DNA of 64,000 nt from NCBI GenBank assembly GCA_016203455.1, contig JACQMR010000015.1, positions 137-64,136 on the forward strand. Reading direction: 5' to 3'. This stretch comes from Candidatus Wildermuthbacteria bacterium (lineage in GTDB: Bacteria; Patescibacteriota; Minisyncoccia; Minisyncoccales; UBA10102). Every line of letters begins with the position of its first letter. Within the stretch, counting starts at the first letter, position 1. A program made the translations under genes and the position numbers. The notes below the pieces were generated by a model that searched no databases, had not been told where the DNA came from, and worked only from the letters and a program-made list of their open reading frames with translations. Below, piece by piece: positions 34,395 to 44,360 of this stretch.

Positions 34395-34485
34395 ACGCCT
34401 TACTAAGTTTTAGTGTAGCATAAACTTAACCGAGCTACCTAAAGTTTTATGATATGATATGTATCTATGGTAAACTCAAAACGAT

Positions 34486-35760
34486 ATGGACATAAAAGAT
34501 ATTAAAGACAAAAAGATACTTATTCTTGGGTTTGGCAGAGAAGGCCGAGACACATTTTTATTTTTAAGAAAGATGTTCCCCGGCAAGATATTCGGCATCG
34601 CGGATAAGAGTCCCGATATTCCCAACTTGCCAAAACAACACGCGCCGTTCGTGGCGCTTCACCTGGGAGAAACATACCTCAACGCAATAGGGGAGTATGA
34701 GATCATTGTGAAAACCCCGGGGATTCCGCTCAAAACCCTAACGCCGCTTCTCAAGAAGTCCCACAAAGTTACCAATCAAACGGAACTCTTTTTTTCCGCG
34801 TGCCAGGGAACCATCATAGGAGTAACCGGCACAAAAGGCAAAAGCACCACTTCATCTCTCATACATAAAGTTTTGACGGACGCCGGATACAAAACAAAGC
34901 TTTTGGGCAACATAGGAACACCCGCGTTGTCCTTTTTGAAAAACCATTCTCCGGAAGACATCTTCGTGTATGAACTTTCCAGCTTTCAATTGGAAACCAT
35001 GCGGCAAAGTCCACATATTGCCGTACTGCTTAATCTCTATGAGGAGCACCTTGACCATCACAGAGGCATGGCAGAGTATAAAAAGGCAAAAGGAAACATA
35101 GCAACATACCAGGGTCCCGCCGATTTTCTCTTGTACAACGAACAAGACCCGTTCTGCAGTGCGATTGCCAAAAAGAGCAAGGCCCAGACGATTCCTTTTC
35201 GGGCTACTTCAAAAAAGAGGGGAGCGTTATTCCTGGCGTCTCCGGAGCCGGCGATACTTGTTGGAAAACTCTTTGGAATTCCCCAAAAAAAGATAATACA
35301 AAGCATTGAAACATTCAAACCGCTCCCGCACCGCCTGGAACCCGCGGGCGTATGGCAGGGCATTGAGTTTATCAACGACTCTCTCGCGACCATTCCGGAA
35401 GCAACCATAGGAGCGTTGGAATCCCTCAAAGGAAAAATCGGCGCACTTATAACGGGCGGTTTTGACAGGGGCGTCTCATACAAACGCCTCGCCTCCTACC
35501 TGGAGAACAGCAAGATTCCCGCGCTTATCCTTTTTCCCGACACGGGGAAAAAAATCATACAACTCATGAAACGCCCGCCTCAACACTTTTTCGCCGGTTC
35601 CATGAAAGAGGCCGTACAGCTCTGTTTTGCAAACACCCCGAAAGGAAAAATCTGCTTGCTTTCTCCGGCCGCCTCCAGCTTTAATATGTTTAAGGACTAC
35701 GCAGACAGGGGAGACCAGTTTAAAAAATGGGTTGCAGTATATGGTAAAAAAACGGCTTAA
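34486..35760 (+). CDS. murD: UDP-N-acetylmuramoylalanine--glutamate ligase (MurD family)
   Basis: GFGREG, GVTGTKGKSTTSSL, Mur ligase middle and C-terminal domains. Confidence 0.85.
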   Translation: MDIKDIKDKKILILGFGREGRDTFLFLRKMFPGKIFGIADKSPDIPNLPKQHAPFVALHLGETYLNAIGEYEIIVKTPGIPLKTLTPLLKKSHKVTNQTELFFSACQGTIIGVTGTKGKSTTSSLIHKVLTDAGYKTKLLGNIGTPALSFLKNHSPEDIFVYELSSFQLETMRQSPHIAVLLNLYEEHLDHHRGMAEYKKAKGNIATYQGPADFLLYNEQDPFCSAIAKKSKAQTIPFRATSKKRGALFLASPEPAILVGKLFGIPQKKIIQSIETFKPLPHRLEPAGVWQGIEFINDSLATIPEATIGALESLKGKIGALITGGFDRGVSYKRLASYLENSKIPALILFPDTGKKIIQLMKRPPQHFFAGSMKEAVQLCFANTPKGKICLLSPAASSFNMFKDYADRGDQFKKWVAVYGKKTA

Positions 35761-36898
35761 CTTTACGGCAGACCCCTGGTTATTCGGAATATGCGGAACG
35801 CTCGTGTTTCTCGGCGTTATCATGCTTGCCAGCGTTTCCGCGTCGTTCTCTTTGGAAAGATACGGAACCACATTTTATTTCCTTAACCACCAGATTCTTT
35901 TTGGACTGCTTCCCGGACTCCTTCTTGGAGGCATACTATTCTTTTTGCCGCGAGAAACAATACGCGCATTGAGCATCCCCGCGTTTCTTTTCTCGCTATT
36001 CTTATGCCTTATGGTATTTATTCCATTTGTGGGCATAGAAGCCGGGGGAGCGCACCGATGGATACATGTGGGCGGATTCACATTCCAGCCCTCTGAATTG
36101 CTCAAGCTCGGATTTATTCTTTACCTCGCCGCGTGGTTATCGGCAAAAATCAAAAAATCAAAGAAAAAACCGGAGCCGGATTCCGCCAAAACTAAAAATC
36201 TCGCGACATCTTTTCTCACGGCTGGGGACGGCTCCCTTGTTTCATTCTTACTTATTATGGGAGGCATTGGCGCCATCCTGATTGCGCAACCGGATGTTGG
36301 CACGCTGGGGGTCATATGGATAATCGGGGGCATCATGTACTTTACGGCCCACACTCCTCTCTGGCACACGATAACCCTCGCCCTTGCGGCGCTCGGATCT
36401 CTTATCTCTCTCATTCATATCGCCCCATACCGCCTATCCCGCCTGGCCGTATTTCTTGACCCCTCTTTGGACCCCCTGGGGCAGGGATACCATGTAAAAC
36501 AAGCTCTTATCGGCATAGGATCGGGCGGCATAGTGGGGGCGGGTCTTGGGCTAAGCGCTCAAAAATTCGGATTATTGCCAGAACCCATGTCTGATTCCAT
36601 ATTCGCCGTCATCGCGGAAGAAACGGGATTTATCGGAGCATGTTTTCTGGTATTGCTGTTCGCGGCTCTCTGCTGGCGAGTCATGGTTCTCGCGCAACGC
36701 ATGGAGGACCGGTTTGCCAAGATCGCGTGCATAGGCATTGTTTCGTGGCTTTGCGTACAGGCCTTTATCAACATGGGCGCCATAACAGGCATTCTGCCTT
36801 TAACAGGCATCCCCCTGCCCTTTGTAAGCTACGGCGGCTCGGCTCTCCTTACTGAAATCCTGGGTCTTGGCATCCTTCTCAATCTCACAAAACGCTAA
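35741..36898 (+). CDS. ftsW: SEDS family peptidoglycan polymerase FtsW/RodA
   Basis: multi-TM; FQPSELLKL, PDVGT, GIPLPFVSYGGSALL; start moved to MVKKRLNF. Confidence 0.85.
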   Translation: MVKKRLNFTADPWLFGICGTLVFLGVIMLASVSASFSLERYGTTFYFLNHQILFGLLPGLLLGGILFFLPRETIRALSIPAFLFSLFLCLMVFIPFVGIEAGGAHRWIHVGGFTFQPSELLKLGFILYLAAWLSAKIKKSKKKPEPDSAKTKNLATSFLTAGDGSLVSFLLIMGGIGAILIAQPDVGTLGVIWIIGGIMYFTAHTPLWHTITLALAALGSLISLIHIAPYRLSRLAVFLDPSLDPLGQGYHVKQALIGIGSGGIVGAGLGLSAQKFGLLPEPMSDSIFAVIAEETGFIGACFLVLLFAALCWRVMVLAQRMEDRFAKIACIGIVSWLCVQAFINMGAITGILPLTGIPLPFVSYGGSALLTEILGLGILLNLTKR

Positions 36899-36938
36899 CC
36901 AACTTGGCGAAGCCAAATCCAAATGGTATCGTAATAGC

Positions 36939-38066
36939 ATGAAAATACTCTTTGCCGGAGGAGGGACGGGAGGACATATTCTCCCTATTGTTGCGGTTGC
37001 CAGAGAACTGCGAAAACAAGCCGGAACTCAAAAAACGGAGTTTTTTTACATGGGGCCCAAAGACGATTTTTCAGACATGATCTCGTCGCAAGAAGGCATA
37101 CGGATCATGCGCATAAGCGCGGGAAAAGTGCGCAGAGACGGGTCTTTCGCCGCCATAAGCAAAAACATACTGGACACATTCATAAAAACTCCTCTCGGCA
37201 TTCTCCAGGCGTTTTTCCGCATATTCTTTCTCGCTCCAGATCTCATATTCTCCAAAGGCGGATATGGGTCGGTGCCTTCCGTGCTTGCGGGATGGATTCT
37301 GCGCGTCCCCATTATCTTGCACGAATCAGATGTCATGCCTGGCGTGGCAAACCGCGTTTCGGGAAAATTCGCCAACGATATTTTCATTTCTTTTCCGGAA
37401 ACACCCGGATTCCCAAGAAAAAAAGTCCAGCAAGTGGGAAACCCCATACGCGAAGACCTGCTCTCCGGCTCTCTTCAGGAAGCAAACCGCCTGTTTTCTC
37501 TGCAGGGCGGAAAACCTGTCATTTTGATTATGGGCGGATCCCAGGGCTCTCAACGAATCAACGACATGCTCGTAAACATCGCCCGCGAAATGCTGAAAGA
37601 GTATGAAATTATCCACCAGACGGGAGACAAGAACTTTCAGGAAACCAAAAAAGAGGCGGAGGTGGCGATACCAAAAGAACTTTTGCCGTTTTATCATCCG
37701 GTTCCTTTCTTAAAAGAAACAGACCTCAAGCACGCGTTCTCGGTTGCCGATCTTGTGGTAAACAGAGCGGGGGCCGGGTCTATCTTTGAAATAGCGGCCT
37801 TGGGCAAACCCTCAATTCTCGTTCCGTTGCCAGAAGCCGCGCAAAACCACCAGCTGGAAAACGCGTATGCTTACAACAAGGCCGGGGCTTGCATTGTGCT
37901 GGAAGAATCCAATCTTACCCCGCATTTTTTTCTGGAACGGGTACACTTTCTCATCTCAAACAAAGAAGAATACGCGAGAATGTCGCGCGCCGCTCTGGCG
38001 TTTTCACGCCCGCGCGCGGCAAAAGCCATAGCCGCGTATATCATTGAGTATCTCTCCGCCCCGTGA
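36939..38066 (+). CDS. murG: undecaprenyldiphospho-muramoylpentapeptide beta-N-acetylglucosaminyltransferase
   Basis: MKILFAGGGTGGHILP, GGSQGS, RAGAGSIFE, NHQLENA; start moved to 36939. Confidence 0.9.
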   Translation: MKILFAGGGTGGHILPIVAVARELRKQAGTQKTEFFYMGPKDDFSDMISSQEGIRIMRISAGKVRRDGSFAAISKNILDTFIKTPLGILQAFFRIFFLAPDLIFSKGGYGSVPSVLAGWILRVPIILHESDVMPGVANRVSGKFANDIFISFPETPGFPRKKVQQVGNPIREDLLSGSLQEANRLFSLQGGKPVILIMGGSQGSQRINDMLVNIAREMLKEYEIIHQTGDKNFQETKKEAEVAIPKELLPFYHPVPFLKETDLKHAFSVADLVVNRAGAGSIFEIAALGKPSILVPLPEAAQNHQLENAYAYNKAGACIVLEESNLTPHFFLERVHFLISNKEEYARMSRAALAFSRPRAAKAIAAYIIEYLSAP

Positions 38067-38078
38067 TACGATTGGCTC

Positions 38079-39497
38079 ATGAATGTACGGGTTCGCTTTC
38101 CTCCTTCGCCCACGGGCCCTCTGCACATGGGCAATGTGAGAACTCTGCTGTTTAACTTCCTTTTCGCGAAAAAAGAAGGCGGAGTTTGCATACTGCGCGT
38201 AGAAGACACGGACAAGGAACGGTCAAAAAAAGAATGGGAGCAAGACATTATTGAAAATCTCCAATGGCTGGGCATTACCTGGGACGAAGGACCCTACCGC
38301 CAGTCGGAACGCACAGAAATCTATAAAAAATACCTGGAAAAACTCCTGAAAGAAAACAAAGCGTACTGGTGTTTTTGCTCCGAGGATATTTTGGAAACCG
38401 TTCGCCAAGAACAGCAGAGCAGGGGAGAAGCGCCCCGGTACCCGGGGATATGCAGAGAAATCCCAACAAAAGAACAGGAAGACCGTATCGCCAACGGAGA
38501 AAAAGGGGTTGTGCGATTTATCGTTGAACCGAAGAAAGTTTCGTTCACCGATCTCATCCGCGGCGAGATTGTTTTTGACATGGCCCTTTCCGGAGATATT
38601 GTTATAGCCAAAGACATGGAGACGCCGCTTTATAACTTTACCGCGGCGGTTGACGACCGCGAGATGCGCATTACCCATGTTATTCGCGGGGAAGACCATA
38701 TCACCAATACGCCAAAACAGATTCTCCTTTGGGAAGCGCTCGGGTTTGGCCCCGCGCCTTTATACGCCCATCTTCCCCTTATCATGGCTGAAGACCATAC
38801 CAAACTAAGCAAGCGGCACGGCAACAATAGCGTAACCAGATACAGACAAGAAGGATACTTGCCTTCAGCTATCATAAACTTTCTTGCTTTGCTCGGGTGG
38901 AACCCCGGAGACAACAGAGAAATATTCTCCCTGCAAGAACTCTGCAAAGAATTTTCGCTGGAGCGCGTGCAAAAATCCCCGGCCGTGTTTTCACTAGAGC
39001 GACTGGACTGGATTAACGGAGAATACATCAGAGTCATGGCGCCGGACACGCTCCTCAAAGCATGCGCGCCGTTTCTGCCAGATACCGCAAGCATGAACCA
39101 AGAAACACTCGCCGCGATTGTGCTCCTGCAAAAAGAACGGCTAAAAAAACTTTCAAACATTACGGAACTTTCTGAATTTTTCTTTGCAAAAAAACTCACA
39201 TATGACACGGCCATTCTTCCCTGGAAAGGCGCGGCTTTAAAAGCAACGAAAAACTCGCTGGAAGCAACCTTGAGAATCCTGGAAGGCATTGAAGAAAACG
39301 ACTGGAATAAAGAACGCCTGGAAACAATTCTCATGCCTGAAGCACGGAAAACGGGGGACCGGGGAGCCATGCTTTGGCCCCTGCGGGTTGCTCTTACCGG
39401 CAAAAAAGGATCCCCGGGCCCTTTTGAAGTTGCCGCCATTCTTGGAAAAGAAAAAAGCATTGCCCGGGTCAAATCAGCAATAGAAAAACTCCAATGA
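38079..39497 (+). CDS. gltX: glutamate--tRNA ligase
   Basis: PSPTGPLHMGNVRT (HIGH), KLSKR (KMSKS), class I fold and anticodon-binding domain. Confidence 0.9.
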   Translation: MNVRVRFPPSPTGPLHMGNVRTLLFNFLFAKKEGGVCILRVEDTDKERSKKEWEQDIIENLQWLGITWDEGPYRQSERTEIYKKYLEKLLKENKAYWCFCSEDILETVRQEQQSRGEAPRYPGICREIPTKEQEDRIANGEKGVVRFIVEPKKVSFTDLIRGEIVFDMALSGDIVIAKDMETPLYNFTAAVDDREMRITHVIRGEDHITNTPKQILLWEALGFGPAPLYAHLPLIMAEDHTKLSKRHGNNSVTRYRQEGYLPSAIINFLALLGWNPGDNREIFSLQELCKEFSLERVQKSPAVFSLERLDWINGEYIRVMAPDTLLKACAPFLPDTASMNQETLAAIVLLQKERLKKLSNITELSEFFFAKKLTYDTAILPWKGAALKATKNSLEATLRILEGIEENDWNKERLETILMPEARKTGDRGAMLWPLRVALTGKKGSPGPFEVAAILGKEKSIARVKSAIEKLQ

Positions 39498-40324
39498 ACA
39501 TCGTCAAGGCGTCTGGCGAACGCGAGGCATACAGCAGGGAAAAGTTTTGCGATTCCCTGAAAAACACCGGGGTTTCCGAGGATCTTGTGAACCGCGTCTG
39601 TCTTGTTGTGGAAAAACAGGTTAAAGAAGGCATGACCACGGAAGAAATTTTCCAAAAAACCGCGGCGGCTCTTTCAAAAGAAAGTCCGGCCCTCGCGGCA
39701 AGATATTCCTTAAAGCGGGGGATTATGGATTTAGGGCCTTCCGGATTCTTGTTTGAGCAATATATCGCGGCGGTATTGCGGGAGTACGGATACCAAACCA
39801 ACACAAACCAGATTATCAGAGGCGCGTGCGTTTCGCATGAAATAGACATTGAAGTCCGCGCGAAGGACGCGCATTATTTCGTGGAAGCAAAGTATCACAA
39901 CAGCAGGGGAGTGGTGTCTGACATCCAGGTTGTCATGTACATGCATGCGCGCCTCTTGGATATTACCGAATATCATGAGAAGATAGAACGAGACGCGCCG
40001 GTATCCCACAGGGCTTGGCTGATCACCAATACCAGGTTTACCGAAAAAGCAATCGCGTACGCGAAATGCAAAAACATAAGAATAACCGGGTGGCGATACC
40101 CCCGCGCGGAAGGACTGGAACGGCTTATTGAAGCGAAAGGATTATACCCCGTAACTTTACTGCCCGGGGTCAACCAATACGCCAAGGATCAATTCGCGAA
40201 ACGGGGAATCTACTTTGCAAAAGACCTGATCAATTTTTCTCCGGAAAACTTCCAGCATCTTTTCGGCATATATCAAAGGGCGGCAAAACAAATACAACAA
40301 CAAGCAAAAGAACTATGCGTGTAA
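39494..40324 (+). CDS. ATP-cone domain fused to Mrr-like PD-(D/E)xK restriction endonuclease domain
   Basis: N-terminus MNIVKASGEREAYSREKFCDSL... (ATP-cone); C-terminus HEIDIEV...YFVEAKYH (D...ExK). Confidence 0.7.
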   Translation: MNIVKASGEREAYSREKFCDSLKNTGVSEDLVNRVCLVVEKQVKEGMTTEEIFQKTAAALSKESPALAARYSLKRGIMDLGPSGFLFEQYIAAVLREYGYQTNTNQIIRGACVSHEIDIEVRAKDAHYFVEAKYHNSRGVVSDIQVVMYMHARLLDITEYHEKIERDAPVSHRAWLITNTRFTEKAIAYAKCKNIRITGWRYPRAEGLERLIEAKGLYPVTLLPGVNQYAKDQFAKRGIYFAKDLINFSPENFQHLFGIYQRAAKQIQQQAKELCV

Positions 40325-40701
40325 TTTTCAATCTCCTCATTGTCTTCTTTTTTCTGGGCATTATAGCAACGGTTATTCAGGCAAACCCGGCTCTTAGCCA
40401 AAATCCCATCATCCAGGGCATTACTTCCGTTGCCAGCGGACTCTTTGAAAAACTTCCCGCTCCCGTCCAAAATTTTTGGAATACTGCCGTAGCCCCCGTT
40501 TTCACCTCAATTCATACTTTCTTAAAAGGCCTCTGGGACCAGTATGCCGCGCCCGCCGTTAAAGCATTGCTCTCGCAAATACTTGGGCTGTTTGGGCAAG
40601 AAACCGACAATCCCATAGAATCGCTGAAGAACATAATCACCGGCATTCTCAAAGGGCTTTTTACCAAGAGCGCGCCCTCGGAAACCCCCGCGGCAGAATA
40701 G
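40315..40701 (+). CDS. small secreted/membrane protein
   Basis: N-terminal hydrophobic signal/anchor; no other motif. Confidence 0.4.
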   Translation: MRVIFNLLIVFFFLGIIATVIQANPALSQNPIIQGITSVASGLFEKLPAPVQNFWNTAVAPVFTSIHTFLKGLWDQYAAPAVKALLSQILGLFGQETDNPIESLKNIITGILKGLFTKSAPSETPAAE

Positions 40702-40714
40702 CGCCGCTCAGCTC

Positions 40715-41323
40715 TTGCGCATGAGCAAAAACAAACAGCGATGTCCATGGTCCGCATCATCACGCGAAATGACCGCGTATCATGACGCGGAGTGGGGGAC
40801 TCCAACACGGAATGATAAAAAAATTTGCCGAGCGTTCTTTTTGGATACTTTCCAGGCGGGATTAAGCTGGGCAATCATTCTTTCAAAAAGAGAAAACTTT
40901 GCGCGGGCTTTCAAAAATTTTGATCCCGCAACCATCGCCAAATTTTCTCAAAAAGACGCGGCGCGATTGGCGCAGAACCCCGGCATTATACGCAACCGGC
41001 TCAAAATTGAAGCCGCCATACGCAACGCGCGCCTGATTCTCGGCATTCAAAAAGAACACGGATCGTTTGCCAAATACCTCTGGAGTTTCGTTGGCAAAAA
41101 AGCAAAACAACGCGCCCCCAAGAAAGAAGGGGAGATACCCGCGACTTCAACGGAGGCGCAAGCCCTGGCCAGAGACCTGAAAAGCAGGGGATTTAAGTTT
41201 ACGGGCCCCACAACCGTTTACGCGTTTATGCAGGGCATCGGCATGGTAAATGATCATCTTGTTTCTTGTTTCAGATACAAAGAAATCAAAACCAAAAACG
41301 CGCTTTTAAAAAAAGTGCGATAG
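40715..41323 (+). CDS. tag: DNA-3-methyladenine glycosylase I
   Basis: CPW...YHDAEWGTP, LDTFQAGLSW, VNDH. Confidence 0.85.
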   Translation: MRMSKNKQRCPWSASSREMTAYHDAEWGTPTRNDKKICRAFFLDTFQAGLSWAIILSKRENFARAFKNFDPATIAKFSQKDAARLAQNPGIIRNRLKIEAAIRNARLILGIQKEHGSFAKYLWSFVGKKAKQRAPKKEGEIPATSTEAQALARDLKSRGFKFTGPTTVYAFMQGIGMVNDHLVSCFRYKEIKTKNALLKKVR

Positions 41324-41332
41324 AAAATCATC

Positions 41333-41360
41333 TTGACAGCACTAGGGGAGAAGCTAAAAT
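41333..41360 (+). promoter_or_regulatory. sigma-70-like promoter TTGACA-16-TAAAAT
   Basis: TTGACA 41333-41338; TAAAAT 41355-41360. Confidence 0.45.
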
Positions 41361-41444
41361 GAGAATATCAGCTATGCGCATAATTTAACTTAAACGAACC
41401 ATAAGGCCCCACAGTTACACAATAAGGCAAAAGCCCTCTCCCCT

Positions 41445-42392
41445 ATGGAAAAATCAAAAAAACCGGTTTCCCAGCATATTTCTGATTTTTTGGACTGGCT
41501 GGATATTGAAAAAGGATTATCCGTAAAATCCCAGCAAAATTATCACAATTTTTTAAAACGATTTCTTTCCTGGCTCCCCCAACAAAACCTCCAGACGGTT
41601 TTGCCCCACGAACTTTCTCCCGACCTTGTCAGCAAATACCGCCTATACCTCTCCAGGGCCCTTTCTTTAAAGAAATCCACCCAGAACTACTACTTAATAG
41701 CCCTGCGGTCTCTTTTGGGCTATTTTTCCGAAAAAGAGATACTCTCGCTCGCGCCAGATAAAATAAAACTCGCCCGTGAAAAAGAAGAGCGGGAAATCCA
41801 TATTCTCACCCTGGAACAGCTAAAAACCCTGCTGGAAGCATGCGACATTTCAACATTCCACGGCATGCGGGATCGCGCCATTCTGGAAACCTTCTTTTCC
41901 ACGGGCTTGCGCATTGCAGAACTCATTTCTCTTGACCGAGAGCACATACATTTCCCAAAAAACCAAACAGACGAACTGGAGACAACCATCAAAGGAAAAG
42001 GCGGCAGAATAAGAACCGTGTACTTTTCCAGGCGCGCGCTGGATTGGTTGGGGCGGTACTTGGATAAACGAACCGACAATCATAACGCCCTCTTTATCAC
42101 CTACCGCAGTGAACAAAAGAAAACCGATCCCCGCAGAATCAGCCCGCGCATGATACAAGAAGCAATGAAACGGTGCGCGGTGAAAGCTGGTGTATCCGCT
42201 CGGCTCATTCACCCGCACGCATTGCGGCACTTGTTCGCGAGCGATTTATTGGGCCAAGGCGTTGACATTCGCACCCTTCAAGAATTCTTGGGACACAAAA
42301 ACATAGCCGCGACCCAGATATACGCGCATGTTACCAGCAAACAACTGCGCGACATCCACAAAAAATTTCACAGCGGCAAACGGCTGGAATAA
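41445..42392 (+). CDS. tyrosine recombinase (XerC/XerD-like)
   Basis: SAM-like N-domain; catalytic GLRIAEL (Arg), HALRHLFAS (HxxR), GHKNIAATQIYAHV (Tyr). Confidence 0.85.
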   Translation: MEKSKKPVSQHISDFLDWLDIEKGLSVKSQQNYHNFLKRFLSWLPQQNLQTVLPHELSPDLVSKYRLYLSRALSLKKSTQNYYLIALRSLLGYFSEKEILSLAPDKIKLAREKEEREIHILTLEQLKTLLEACDISTFHGMRDRAILETFFSTGLRIAELISLDREHIHFPKNQTDELETTIKGKGGRIRTVYFSRRALDWLGRYLDKRTDNHNALFITYRSEQKKTDPRRISPRMIQEAMKRCAVKAGVSARLIHPHALRHLFASDLLGQGVDIRTLQEFLGHKNIAATQIYAHVTSKQLRDIHKKFHSGKRLE

Positions 42393-42487
42393 CCGTTGCG
42401 TTTAATTTTTTAGTTACTTCCCCACCGCTATTGTTTAGCAAGAAAAAAGCCGGGCGAATCAAAAAGAAACGCACGGCCCCATAAAAA

Positions 42488-42838
42488 TCAAATACCCGAC
42501 ATTACCCGCATACGCGCGAGGAAATCGCGTTGCGCGAAAGGCAAGTGTACCAACGCTTGCCGTTTCACAATTTCTGGCGCCCACTTGGCAAATGCCTGGG
42601 CTGGGATAAATTTATCCGCGTCTTCCTCCGGGAGTATAAGAAGCGGAACAAGTTGCCCCACCGGGAACACAAAGACAGAACCGTTATCAAGCGCCGTTTC
42701 GCAACGGAATTCTTGATATCTCCCCGTGGAGTCCAGCACCTGACGCACAATCCCAAACTTCACTCCCCCGCTCTCCCGAATATCGGCCAGTTGAGGATCC
42801 GCCGTATCCAGAATCAGTACCAGCATCCCCTTTTGCAT
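42488..42838 (-). CDS. hypothetical protein (116 aa)
   Basis: GGGAGG RBS 8 nt before ATG 42838; no motif recognised. Confidence 0.4.
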   Translation of the reverse strand: MQKGMLVLILDTADPQLADIRESGGVKFGIVRQVLDSTGRYQEFRCETALDNGSVFVFPVGQLVPLLILPEEDADKFIPAQAFAKWAPEIVKRQALVHLPFAQRDFLARMRVMSGI

Positions 42839-42927
42839 GAAATAACCTCCCACACGAGTCCAAAGATACCAACACAAACATAAATTAAATACACCACTAA
42901 GTCAAACAACCGTACATTTCTTGAATA

Positions 42928-43092
42928 TCACTCTCTTTTTTCGTTTGCCTTCCTAAAAACCTCCTGTAATTCTGACATAGTTGGATTTTTCCCTTGCGCT
43001 TGCATGGTTTTTGTAAACTGACAGACAGGACAATCGTCAAAAAAATCGTCGTCGTCAAATTTATCGCTTGTCTTAATTGTATTCTTTTTCAT
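42928..43092 (-). CDS. small acidic hypothetical protein (54 aa) with CPVC motif
   Basis: AAGGAG RBS before ATG 43092; DDDDFFDDCPVC. Confidence 0.35.
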   Translation of the reverse strand: MKKNTIKTSDKFDDDDFFDDCPVCQFTKTMQAQGKNPTMSELQEVFRKANEKRE

Positions 43093-43148
43093 TTTCTTTC
43101 TCCTTATACTATCATACAATACCAATCCCCTTTCATACATTACAAAAC

Positions 43149-43709
43149 TTAATCGCCTTTCTTAATTTCGGGAAACAACAAGAGGGACTCTGGAACTTCC
43201 GCAACATCAAAATGACCATATCCGTTTGAAATATGAACGCTTGCCTTATCTCCAAGCATCTCCTTGAGATACTCCACATTCTTCATGGGCAAGATATGAT
43301 CGGTAGTATCATGAAAAATGTCAAACTGGCCAACGAGATTTTTAATGTTTCTAAAATCCAGCTTCTGCATCCCCTCAACATACGCTTTCAATGGAGGTCT
43401 TGTTTCAATAATTCCCTCCCAAAACATGGGGCAACCAACCAATACAACTCGTTCCGCCCGAACATTGTGTTGATCTATACACGCAAGGATAGCGCGACAT
43501 CCTAAACTGTGTCCTACAAAAATAACAGGATCATCTGTGCAAGACCTCCCAATGCACTCAACCCACTCTTTTTCAGATGGTGCTAAAGGGCTTGGCAGTT
43601 CAAGCACCTGCGCCTCATAGCCCCGGGCGCAAAGTGCTTGAGCCAGCCATGTGTACCAATTTTCAGAAGGCAGGGCCTTATATGCGTGGCAAATGAGAAC
43701 TTGCTTCAT
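43149..43709 (-). CDS. alpha/beta hydrolase (YdeN/RBBP9-like serine hydrolase)
   Basis: nucleophile elbow GHSLG; ~186 aa single-domain layout; C-terminal GHF. Confidence 0.75.
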   Translation of the reverse strand: MKQVLICHAYKALPSENWYTWLAQALCARGYEAQVLELPSPLAPSEKEWVECIGRSCTDDPVIFVGHSLGCRAILACIDQHNVRAERVVLVGCPMFWEGIIETRPPLKAYVEGMQKLDFRNIKNLVGQFDIFHDTTDHILPMKNVEYLKEMLGDKASVHISNGYGHFDVAEVPESLLLFPEIKKGD

Positions 43710-43904
43710 GCCCTCTATCTTATCAAAAAACCTCCTGTCTGGCGATTGTAAAGAAAACGGAACACCTGTTAAAGATCCCCATGATTATATCTAATACCTC
43801 CCGCGCTACATGCTCTAACGATATGTGCTGACCGCAGACTCCTCGCCAACCGCTAATTCCCTAAGAGGATATCAAGGTTGCACAATTATTCGATTATATT
43901 TATA

Positions 43905-43933
43905 TTGACATTCACGATACCGTGTCATACAAT
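43905..43933 (+). promoter_or_regulatory. sigma-70-like promoter TTGACA-17-TACAAT
   Basis: TTGACA 43905-43910; TACAAT 43928-43933. Confidence 0.5.
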
Positions 43934-43970
43934 AAACGCGCTACAAAATTCGGATCAGTAAGGAGGGAGA

Positions 43971-44270
43971 ATGCCATCATATAAGGTAATACTACAACAA
44001 AAACAGGGGGGCAAAGGTAACCGATGGCCCGCCGAAACCGACCCATTTTCTTTCGTGCTTGAACTGCCAAATGAGATACGCTTAAACGAAGAAATAATTA
44101 TTAGCATCCCTCTTGATTGCGAAGCTCCGTGGGCTAGGGGAGGATACTGGAAGGTAATCCGGGTAGTCCATGAAAAAGTGCATGGAACGCAGTTTAGATC
44201 CTACAACCCCCAGAGGATCTTGTATCTTGTTCTTTCAGACGCGCTCCCCTACGGTAGGGACGAAGCATAA
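43971..44270 (+). CDS. hypothetical protein (99 aa)
   Basis: own promoter, AGGAGGGAG RBS and terminator; no motif recognised. Confidence 0.5.
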   Translation: MPSYKVILQQKQGGKGNRWPAETDPFSFVLELPNEIRLNEEIIISIPLDCEAPWARGGYWKVIRVVHEKVHGTQFRSYNPQRILYLVLSDALPYGRDEA

Positions 44271-44289
44271 AAAGAATAAAAACGATTTC

Positions 44290-44320
44290 AGCCCTTTCTC
44301 ATGGAAAAAGGGCTTTTCTT
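44290..44320 (+). terminator. intrinsic terminator
   Basis: AGCCCTTT-loop-AAAGGGCT followed by a T-run. Confidence 0.6.
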
Positions 44321-44360
44321 TGACAAAAAATGGTTGCTCTCCATACTCTATATCTTCTTA

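Noticed and set aside
38630-39655. 341-aa minus-strand ORF, and similar long shadow ORFs (24602-25411, 29895-30725, 7333-7953, 57403-58158, 60279-61109, 44170-44694, 15106-15696)
   Set aside because: Each lies antisense to, or out of frame within, a gene with unmistakable conserved motifs (gltX, the PaaK-like gene, aspS/carboxypeptidase, NUDIX/SDR, the S41 peptidase, dnaJ, rarA, fmt). Their translations are low-complexity with no motifs, so they are typical shadow ORFs.
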